Part shown: positions 56,390-64,000 of the stretch, piece by piece
Layout: each line of letters begins with the position of its first letter
How positions within the stretch are numbered: the first letter of the stretch is position 1
From: Vulcanimicrobiota bacterium
GTDB lineage: Bacteria; Vulcanimicrobiota; Xenobia; Xenobiales; JADMJV01
Assembly: GCA_050250895.1 (NCBI GenBank)
Contig: JBFWNU010000004.1
Span: 430,934-494,933 of the forward strand
Length of the DNA stretch: 64,000 nt
Reading direction: 5' to 3'
Translations under genes and position numbers: made by a program
Notes under the pieces: model-generated
The model's database searches: none
What the model saw: only the letters and a program-made list of their open reading frames with translations
Told to the model about the DNA's origin: nothing

Positions 56390-58819
56390 CTACGCCTGAG
56401 CCGCCGGTAGGCGCAGATGGAACGTGGTGCCGACCCCGAGCTGCGACTCGACCTCCAGACGTCCTTTGTGGCGGGCGGCGATCTGCTGGCTGACCGACAA
56501 CCCCAGGCCTGTCCCCTCGCCCACGTCCTTGGTGGTGAAGAAGGGTTCAAAGAGCCGCTCTTGATGCTCGGGCCGGATGCCCTTGCCGAAGTCCTGAACC
56601 GAAGCCGTGACCCAGCCCTCGTGGTGGCTGGTGGAGAGCACCAGCCGGAACTGATCCGAGGCGAGATGCGAACTGGCGTCAAGGGCGTTCATGACCAGGT
56701 TGACCAGCACCTGTTGCAGGTCCTCGGGCTTGCCGGCCACCGGGGGCACCTCGTCGAGGCGTAGCTCGACCTCGCAACCCTTTTGCTCGAGATGGTGCTC
56801 GAGGAAATCGACGGTGTCCCGCACCACCTGGCGCAGGTCGACCAGTTCCACGGCGTCGCTGGGTTTGCGCGAATAGAGCAGCAGTTTCTTGACGATGTGC
56901 TGGGCGGTCTCGGTGGCTTTCTGAGCGCGGGTCAATTTCTTGCCGGCCCGCTCGGGCCGATCGAGCTGCTCTAGAGCCGTGTCCAACGATAAAGAGATGA
57001 CCCCCAGCGGGGTGTTGAGTTCGTGGGCGACTCCCGCGGCCAACTGGCCCACGGCCATCATTTTCGAAGTCTGGATCAACTGAGCTTGCGACTCTTCGAG
57101 CAAGCGGCGGGCTTCGACCACATCCTGGAAGTGGCGGGCCTTCTCGAGGGCCACCGAGGTCTGGGCGGCGATGGCTCCCAGCAACTGCAGATGCTCTTCG
57201 CTAAAACAGTCGGCCGGCTCGCCCAGCAGCAGCAACACGCCTCCCCCTTCCGCCTCGAGAGGGGCGCACAGCAGGCTGCGCACCCCTGGCAGCGGCGGTT
57301 GAAAGCGGCACCCGGGCTCGGTCAGATCGGGCAAGAGCAGGGCCCGGCGATTCTGATAGACTGTCTGAGCCAACGAATCTAGCGCCTTCCCGTCAGGCTC
57401 GGGGGCCTGCCCCCGGCGGGCCCAGAGGTGGCGACGCCGGGCCAGGGCCAGAACGCCAAAGTCATGCGGCAGAGCCTCGAGCAAGAGGTGTTGCATCGAT
57501 GCCACCAATTCGTCGGGCTCGAGACTGCCGGCCAGCGCCTCGGCCCCCTGTTGCAGCAGGCCCAGCAGCTTGAGACGCTCGACCAGGGCGTAGTTGGTGC
57601 GGGCTTGCGATTCGAGCGCCGTCCGGCGGGCCTCGACCCGAAAAGCGGCCACCAGGGCCAGCTCTCCCTTCTGGGCTACGGACTTGAGAAATTCTACCTG
57701 GTCCTTGAGGAAGGGAGCTTTGTCGCGGCGTCCCAGGTAGAGAACTCCCACCCGGCCTACCGGTACCGCCAGGGCGTTGGACTCATCCTCGAAGAGGCGG
57801 GGAGCCTGGCGCAATTCGGGTCGGCTGATGACCGGCAATTGCCGACTCATAGCCTCCTCCACCAGGGGCTCGCGCAAGCCCAACAGCCGGGCATTGGAGA
57901 GGCGGTCCCGGTGGCGACTGGAGTAGCGGGCGGGAAACAGGCCCTCGCCCTCATCCACGAACACGGCCAGACTATCCGCCGGCAGGCGGGCCTCGATGGT
58001 CGAACACAGAGCTGACAACACCTCTGCCGGCGAGGGTTCCGAGGCCATGTGACGCGAGAAACCCTCGAGCAACTCCTTCTCTTCAGCGGTTCGCTTGAGT
58101 TCTTTCTGGGTGCTGCTGGCCTGGCTGATGGCCGCGCGCAAGGACTGCTTGCTCTCTTTGAACTGAGCGATCGCGTCGCGCGCTTCCGAGGCCTGCACGC
58201 GAAACAGCACGTTGCGAGCCTGTTCCTGGCTGGCCGCCAACAGCGGTAAGAACCAGAGCAGATGCAGCCCGTCGGCCGAAGTGAGCTGGGCCAAGCCCAA
58301 ACCGGCCGGGGCCAGACCCAGCCGCAGCCAGCGCACCTCTTCACCGACCTTTTGCACCAACAGGCGCTGCGATGGCTCGAGCTGCTGGTTGCGCAGATGT
58401 TCCAGGGTCAGCGGCAAGAACACCAACACGGCGGCCACCACCATTCCCCAGCCAACCTTGCCCAGCGGAGTCAGAGCGACGCAGGCTGCCAGAGTGACCC
58501 CGAGATAATCGAGCAAGAGCTCGGTCCAGCGCCCACACACATAGGTCCTCAGGCCGAGTCCGACCAGAGCCAGCACCAGGGCAAATCGAGGACCCACCAT
58601 CAACAGGGCGGCCAGATAGACGGCCAGGGCGGTGCTGACGAACCCCGCTTCAGGCAGGGGGACGGCCCGAAACTCTAACAAAAGGACGCTCGTCAACAGG
58701 GCCGGTAGCAGAAAATTCGAGGCGGGCCAGGGGCTCTGGAGCAGGACCAGGATCGTCAAGCTGACCGCAACCAACCAGCCCAGAACGGTGACCGGAGCCA
58801 CCTTCCCCTCTCCCTGCAT
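56390..58819 (-). CDS. Membrane sensor histidine kinase with two GAF domains
   Basis: GQLAAGVAHELNTPL, NLVMNALDA, DFGKGI, FFTTK..GEGTGLGL. Confidence 0.9.
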   Translation of the reverse strand: MQGEGKVAPVTVLGWLVAVSLTILVLLQSPWPASNFLLPALLTSVLLLEFRAVPLPEAGFVSTALAVYLAALLMVGPRFALVLALVGLGLRTYVCGRWTELLLDYLGVTLAACVALTPLGKVGWGMVVAAVLVFLPLTLEHLRNQQLEPSQRLLVQKVGEEVRWLRLGLAPAGLGLAQLTSADGLHLLWFLPLLAASQEQARNVLFRVQASEARDAIAQFKESKQSLRAAISQASSTQKELKRTAEEKELLEGFSRHMASEPSPAEVLSALCSTIEARLPADSLAVFVDEGEGLFPARYSSRHRDRLSNARLLGLREPLVEEAMSRQLPVISRPELRQAPRLFEDESNALAVPVGRVGVLYLGRRDKAPFLKDQVEFLKSVAQKGELALVAAFRVEARRTALESQARTNYALVERLKLLGLLQQGAEALAGSLEPDELVASMQHLLLEALPHDFGVLALARRRHLWARRGQAPEPDGKALDSLAQTVYQNRRALLLPDLTEPGCRFQPPLPGVRSLLCAPLEAEGGGVLLLLGEPADCFSEEHLQLLGAIAAQTSVALEKARHFQDVVEARRLLEESQAQLIQTSKMMAVGQLAAGVAHELNTPLGVISLSLDTALEQLDRPERAGKKLTRAQKATETAQHIVKKLLLYSRKPSDAVELVDLRQVVRDTVDFLEHHLEQKGCEVELRLDEVPPVAGKPEDLQQVLVNLVMNALDASSHLASDQFRLVLSTSHHEGWVTASVQDFGKGIRPEHQERLFEPFFTTKDVGEGTGLGLSVSQQIAARHKGRLEVESQLGVGTTFHLRLPAAQA

Positions 58820-58895
58820 TCTAAACGACTTCTCCGGGTCCCCGACCTTTGCCTTTAGCGAAAGATTTTTCAGCCCGAGGGTCGAACATTTTCAA

Positions 58896-60197
58896 GTGCT
58901 GTTCTCATATCAGTGCATCGACCACCAGGGGGGCGTTCAGGACGGACGACTGAAGGCCAAATCAGTCCATGCCGCCCGGCGGCAACTCGAAAGCAAAGGC
59001 TGGCAAATCCTCATCATCCAGCCTCTCGATGAGGGGGCCGAATCGGTCGACGACGACATCACCTTCGTCGCCGACGACTATATCCAGAAGGAATCCCGGG
59101 CCACCCGGCCCGAGCAGGCTGTCAACAGTTACCTGTGGGGGGCAAGAGTCAGAGTTCCTGGCCGCACGGTGGTCTTGTTCACCCGCCAACTGGCGACCAT
59201 GCTCAAGAACGGTGTTCCCCTGGTCAACTCTCTCGACACCCTGTCGCTCCAGCTCGAGCATCCTCAATTCGGCGAGGTGGTGGCCTCGCTCGCCACCCAG
59301 GTCACCCAGGGACACATGCTATCTCAGGCGCTGTCGCGGTTTCCTCGCGTTTTCTCGCGAGTCTATCTAACCATGGTTCGTATCGGCGAAGAGACCGGTC
59401 AACTCGACGCCGTGCTCGACCGCCTGGCCGATTGGCAAGAAGCCGACCAGGGTCTATTCCAGAAGGTGAAGAGCGCCCTCACCTATCCGGGCGTGGTATT
59501 GGTCTTTTCGCTAGGTCTTGGCTTTATCGTCTTCTACACCATCATCCCGGGCTTCATCCAGGTGCTCGAGAACATGAAGGTCGAGCTGCCATTGATCACC
59601 CGGCTGGTGTTTGCGGTGGCCAACCTGGTGCGGAACCCGGGCGTCTGGCTGGTGGCCATTGCCAGCATCGGCGCGCTGCGCCTGGTGCTCCGCGATGTGT
59701 ACGCCAGCGACAAGGGCGGCCAGACTCTGTTTTGGTGCGCCCTGAACCTGCCCCTGGTGGGTGGACTGTTGCGCTCGGCCACCGTGTCTCGCTTCACGAC
59801 CGCGGCCGCGGCCATGCTGGCCTCGGGGGTCGATCTGATGAAGACCATGGAACTGGCGGCCCTGGCCAGTGGCAACCCACTCCTGGCGGCCGATGGCAAG
59901 CGCCTGGTGGCCAATCTCAGAGAGGGGCAACAGGTCTACGCCCACATGGAAGGACGCCCAGATCTCTATCCTAATACCGTCACCCAGATGGTTCGGGTTG
60001 GTGAAGAGACCTCTGAGCTATCGATGATGCTGGCTCGGGCCGGCGCCTACTACGACTCTGAGGTAACCTATCGCATCGAGGCCCTGGGGGCTGCCCTCGA
60101 GCCTTTGCTGCTGGCTGCGGTCTCTTGCGTGGTGGCCACGATGGTCTTATCGATCTTTCTGCCGATGTACGGCTATCTGGCCAAGCTTGGTGGCTAG
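58896..60197 (+). CDS. pilC: Type II secretion F / PilC platform protein
   Basis: FTRQLATMLKNGVPL, GEETGQLD, SALTYP, GEETSEL, LEP, FLPMY. Start taken at GTG 58896. Confidence 0.85.
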   Translation: MLFSYQCIDHQGGVQDGRLKAKSVHAARRQLESKGWQILIIQPLDEGAESVDDDITFVADDYIQKESRATRPEQAVNSYLWGARVRVPGRTVVLFTRQLATMLKNGVPLVNSLDTLSLQLEHPQFGEVVASLATQVTQGHMLSQALSRFPRVFSRVYLTMVRIGEETGQLDAVLDRLADWQEADQGLFQKVKSALTYPGVVLVFSLGLGFIVFYTIIPGFIQVLENMKVELPLITRLVFAVANLVRNPGVWLVAIASIGALRLVLRDVYASDKGGQTLFWCALNLPLVGGLLRSATVSRFTTAAAAMLASGVDLMKTMELAALASGNPLLAADGKRLVANLREGQQVYAHMEGRPDLYPNTVTQMVRVGEETSELSMMLARAGAYYDSEVTYRIEALGAALEPLLLAAVSCVVATMVLSIFLPMYGYLAKLGG

Positions 60198-60210
60198 CTT
60201 AAACTCCCTA

Positions 60211-60219
60211 TGCTATAAT
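60211..60219 (+). promoter_or_regulatory. Extended -10 promoter (TGnTATAAT) for the pilin operon
   Basis: TGCTATAAT 10 nt upstream of ATG 60229, implying a near-leaderless mRNA. Confidence 0.55.
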
Positions 60220-60228
60220 TCCGGATAC

Positions 60229-61017
60229 ATGGTGTGGAGGGGACAGAAGGGTCGCAGACGGGGCATGAGCCTGCTCGAGGCGATCTTCGCCATGTTCTAC
60301 CTCAGCTCGGCCATTCTGGTCATCGCTCACCTGCTCGACGCTGGGTTGCAGGCCGGCCTGAAGGTCGAACAGCAATTGACCGCCACCGCAATCGCTCGCA
60401 ACGAACTGTCCAAACTGCGCGCCGAGGCCGTCACTCGGCAAGGCTTCGACGCTCTGGCCAACTACGACGGTACTCCTCGGTCTTCTGGCGAGCCGGGCTT
60501 CTCGGTGAGCATCATCACCGAGCCGTTCCATCAGTATTCGCCGTGCAGCGCCGTCGAACTCGCCTATCCCGCCGACCAGCGGCGCGAACTGACCAGTTCG
60601 ACCCGCAAAGTGCGGGTGCGGGTGAGTTGGGGCAACACTCAAGGCTCGAAAGTACAGCTCGTCTCGCTGATCGCCGCCCCCCCGCCCGAAGTCGAGAGCC
60701 TGCAACTCAAGGGAGTGACCGTTCCGAACCCCATCAACCCGGATGAACTGGCCGACTTCACCGTCCAAGCCGAGGATAGTGACGGTAAACCGGTTCCCGA
60801 CCTGTTCTATGAGTGGTCGGTCGTTCCCGGTAGCGGCAACGGCACGGTGATACCCAGCCGCGACGGCCGCACCTGCCAGTTCGTTCACCGTTACCGCATC
60901 CCACCCTCGACCGACCTCTATTTCTCGTTGGGTAGCTCGTGTGGGGTCGAGGCGGCCACCACCTCGGGCGGCCGCCTGGTGACAGACTCCATGGAGGTCT
61001 TTCTCGCCAAGCCATGA
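60229..61017 (+). CDS. Type IV pilin-like protein (PilV-like)
   Basis: Class III signal RRRG|MSLLE followed by a hydrophobic helix. Confidence 0.8.
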   Translation: MVWRGQKGRRRGMSLLEAIFAMFYLSSAILVIAHLLDAGLQAGLKVEQQLTATAIARNELSKLRAEAVTRQGFDALANYDGTPRSSGEPGFSVSIITEPFHQYSPCSAVELAYPADQRRELTSSTRKVRVRVSWGNTQGSKVQLVSLIAAPPPEVESLQLKGVTVPNPINPDELADFTVQAEDSDGKPVPDLFYEWSVVPGSGNGTVIPSRDGRTCQFVHRYRIPPSTDLYFSLGSSCGVEAATTSGGRLVTDSMEVFLAKP

Positions 61018-61589
61018 GCACCCGACGTCGCGGCTTCACCATCATCGAGGGCTTGATCACGCTACTGCTGGTCTCTATCCTGCTCGGAGCCATCGGCACC
61101 CTGATCCAGATGTATGCCAACGTCATGCGCCACGCCGATCGCAAAGAGGTCACCCTCTACGCGGCCGAACTGGCCGTCGACACGGTGGGAAGGGACCTGG
61201 TCCAGGCCATCCGTATCATTGAGCCCAACACCGAGGGCGACATCCTGCGGCTCGAGCAGATTGATCCCTGGACCCCGGTCCGGCTACCCGACCCCCCCGG
61301 CACCCCGCCGCCGAGCTGGTCGCCCCACCGCCGGTCCGATCGGGTCACCGTCAGTTATCGTCTCGATACGGCTTATGACCCTTCCGACTACACCTTCTAT
61401 CGCAAGTTGACTTACTCTGACGGGGGCGAATGGGAAGAGCCCATCTGCCAGGGCTTGCATGGCGTCTTCTTCAAAAATCTCGGGGGCGGGCTCTTCCAGG
61501 TGGAGGCCAGCGTGCTCAAGGACAACTATACCGTCTCGACCCGCACCGGAAAGTTCTACCTCCATCTCCCCGGGGATCTGTATCCATGA
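61014..61589 (+). CDS. Type IV pilin-like protein (PilW-like)
   Basis: RRRG|FTIIE; ATGA overlap. Confidence 0.82.
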   Translation: MSTRRRGFTIIEGLITLLLVSILLGAIGTLIQMYANVMRHADRKEVTLYAAELAVDTVGRDLVQAIRIIEPNTEGDILRLEQIDPWTPVRLPDPPGTPPPSWSPHRRSDRVTVSYRLDTAYDPSDYTFYRKLTYSDGGEWEEPICQGLHGVFFKNLGGGLFQVEASVLKDNYTVSTRTGKFYLHLPGDLYP

Positions 61590-62077
61590 GCCCTCGTCGC
61601 GCCTACCTGCTTCCCCTGGTGCTCTTCGTCAGCGCCGTCTTGATGATCCTGGGCACCGGGTTTCTCACCAGTCGGTCGATGGCCTACGCCTCGGCCGTCG
61701 ACTCGATTCATCAGGTCCAGGCGCGAGCTTGCGCCTACGCGGGTATCGAAGACGCCAGGACGAAACTGCTTCGCGACCCTCAGTTTCCGCCCGACGGCGA
61801 CGATGACCAGCAGTATTTCAGCTATGGCGAGACGCTCAGCGACATGGGCGGGAGCGGAGTGGTGGGCACCTTTGTGGTCACCGTCGACACCACCTACGCC
61901 GGAAAGCCCTACTACGTCATCCTCGTGACCTCCACGGGTCGAACCCGAGACGGAGAGTCGCCCCACATCATTCAGGCAGAATTCGACGTGGCTCCTTACG
62001 ACCGCGCCAATAATGCCAATGCAAACCCTCACCCGATGAGTATCCTCAACTGGAAGGAGGAAGGGCTCAGCTTATGA
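61586..62077 (+). CDS. PilX-like minor pilin
   Basis: RRA|YLLPLVL without Glu5, QARACAYAGIE, VTSTG; ATGA overlap. Confidence 0.75.
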   Translation: MSPRRAYLLPLVLFVSAVLMILGTGFLTSRSMAYASAVDSIHQVQARACAYAGIEDARTKLLRDPQFPPDGDDDQQYFSYGETLSDMGGSGVVGTFVVTVDTTYAGKPYYVILVTSTGRTRDGESPHIIQAEFDVAPYDRANNANANPHPMSILNWKEEGLSL

Positions 62078-64000
62078 GAAGAAACTCCGGATTCACCCTG
62101 GCCGAGCTTGGGGTCTCGATGCTGCTACTTCTGCTGGTGCTGGGACTGGGCGTGGTCCAGACCCGCTCGCGCACCACCAAGGCCGATCCCAAGGCCCTGG
62201 CAATGGTGGTGGCTGCCGAACTGCGAGCCGCTCGGGCCAAGGCCATGAAAGAGGGACTCAACGTGGCCGTTGTCTTTCCGAGCAACGACGGTCTGGTGCC
62301 TCACAGTCGCTCCTCATACCGTTTGACCGGCACCACCAAAGGTCAGGTCGACCGCTTTGCGGACTACTCCAAGGAGAGTCAAGCCTTCCTGGCGGTCGTC
62401 TCCTACCCATCGCCCTCCACCACCGAACTCTTCGCTCCTTCACCTTACCGGCCCGTGCCGACGGTGCAAGGTTGGCCCCGCGACGCCACCAAAGACTACA
62501 TTTTCATGTTCAGTCCCGACGGCCGGGTCGTGACTAACGACATGCCGACCATCGGCGGAAACTATCACATCGTAGCCTGCGGCGGCCTCGACTATCAACC
62601 CACCGGCACTCCCACCGGCACGCCCACGATGACCGATAGGCCCAACTACTTCGAACTGACCGCGGTAACGACCCCTGTGAGCATCGTCATTTCGCCTGGC
62701 GGCGCCGTCTCGGTCAAGCCGGGCCTGGACCAGGGCAACGACCTGCCCCTGGCCGGAGCGCTCCCAGCCCCCCCGGCCCCCCCCACCACACCGAGTTCGT
62801 TTCCCAATACCGACCCTCTGCTTGAGGGCGTCAATATCTTTCCAGAGCCATTGAGCCAGGATGACGACGACTTCGATGCGGTCTTGCCGGTAGGAAACGG
62901 AGCCTATGAGCCCCATCTCGAACTCAAGGTCAAAGCTTCCGACCCCGAAGGCGACCCGCTCACCTGCGAATGGACCTCAGAGCCCATTACCGGCACCGAG
63001 CCGGGAACCTTCACGACCCCTCCCGGAGCTCTGCGCCTGAGTTCCGACAACGTGTTCGTGTGGAACTGGTATCCCCCGCCCTCGGCCGTGGCTGGCGATC
63101 GTTTCACTCTAACCTGCACGGTTCGGGACAACCTTGGCGGCTCAGATGCCCTGGCGGGCGAATCCGTGATCGAGGTCGAGATGCGAGACGAAGGGCTGGT
63201 CATCTTCGAAAGCCCCGACCGCTGGGGAAGCGGCGACTTTCTCTGGCAAGTGTTTGGCAGCGGCCCCCCGACCCGTCGTCTGGAAGTATCGGGCTATTCC
63301 CCTCGCATCTCGCCCGACGGCAACCAGATCGCGTTCTCGGACGGCAACAATCTGTTCTTCTGCAAGATCAACGGCAACAAGATCAAGGATCTAGCCAATA
63401 ACATCTACGGAGCCGAGACCGATCCCGCCTGGGCCTACGACGGCACCAGAGTGGTCTATTCGGAAGACCTGGGTAGCGGCCCTCAACTGACCCGCCTCGG
63501 CTTGCACGACAAGGGCAAGCCCGACAAGGCCGAGATCCTCGACGTTAACCTGGGTTGGGTGAAGCGCAAGGATTGGGACGATGCCGTCAATGTGGCTCAG
63601 CCGGCAACCCACGCTGACTGGTCCCGCGACGGCGCCCACATTGCCTTCGAGAACGCCGGCGAGATCTACGTCATGGAGGCCAGTGGCGCCAACGACGGCA
63701 AGAACATCGGGCTCATCGCCAGCGACCCGGGCAACGACCAGCGACCCCGCTTTTCGCCCGACGGGCAGACGCTGATGTTCGTGTCGGACCGCGATGGGAC
63801 CGCTCAGGTATACACCATCCCGGTCGGCACCTTCGCGAGCGGAGTCTGGGGAGACCCGGCCACGATCGTGCAGCGCACCACCGACAGCGTGAACAAGGTC
63901 GAGGCCGTCTGGTCCCCGCGCTATGATAGCGCCACCGGCGGCGATATCCTTTATACCACTCGCGTCGGGAACAACGTCTCGCTGTATCGGGCTCAGATGC
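62074..64000 (+). CDS. Large pilin-like protein with Ig-like domain and TolB/PD40 beta-propeller; runs off the window
   Basis: Not in the ORF track; translated by hand. MRRNSG|FTLAELG, ASDPEGDPL, ISPDGNQIAF, PAWAYDG, PRFSPDGQTLMFVSDRDG. Confidence 0.8.
   Translation, partial: MRRNSGFTLAELGVSMLLLLLVLGLGVVQTRSRTTKADPKALAMVVAAELRAARAKAMKEGLNVAVVFPSNDGLVPHSRSSYRLTGTTKGQVDRFADYSKESQAFLAVVSYPSPSTTELFAPSPYRPVPTVQGWPRDATKDYIFMFSPDGRVVTNDMPTIGGNYHIVACGGLDYQPTGTPTGTPTMTDRPNYFELTAVTTPVSIVISPGGAVSVKPGLDQGNDLPLAGALPAPPAPPTTPSSFPNTDPLLEGVNIFPEPLSQDDDDFDAVLPVGNGAYEPHLELKVKASDPEGDPLTCEWTSEPITGTEPGTFTTPPGALRLSSDNVFVWNWYPPPSAVAGDRFTLTCTVRDNLGGSDALAGESVIEVEMRDEGLVIFESPDRWGSGDFLWQVFGSGPPTRRLEVSGYSPRISPDGNQIAFSDGNNLFFCKINGNKIKDLANNIYGAETDPAWAYDGTRVVYSEDLGSGPQLTRLGLHDKGKPDKAEILDVNLGWVKRKDWDDAVNVAQPATHADWSRDGAHIAFENAGEIYVMEASGANDGKNIGLIASDPGNDQRPRFSPDGQTLMFVSDRDGTAQVYTIPVGTFASGVWGDPATIVQRTTDSVNKVEAVWSPRYDSATGGDILYTTRVGNNVSLYRAQM

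Overview
High-GC bacterial chromosomal window with about 60 genes. I found no rRNA, tRNA, CRISPR array or intact transposase. Protein families and style suggest Candidatus Eremiobacterota/Vulcanimicrobiota, which is inference only. The best candidate for an undescribed system is at the left edge (1-5100), a putative RiPP operon. It encodes a 186-aa precursor with 7 tandem 17-aa cores (L[N/D]FDTQVAGGSRPRGPE), a fold-type-III PLP enzyme, an arginase-family enzyme with an N-terminal RRE-like extension and a second PLP paralog that runs off the window. A divergent tandem GNAT lies next to it. Other highlights: a reduced BREX-2-derived trio (brxD, brxHI and a GHKL-like/PglZ-C-terminal-like wHTH protein) without pglWXYZ; a duplicated structured sRNA with an anti-SD loop flanking an ankyrin gene; a locus combining a B12-radical SAM enzyme, an FrpC-SPM-like protein and an atypical kinase; two unusual fusions (EEP+PP2C, PRTase+PQQ propeller); one intact and one decayed toxin-antitoxin pair; signalling operons; and a type IV pilin/PilC cluster at the right edge. 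All family assignments come from motifs read by eye. No database searches were run.
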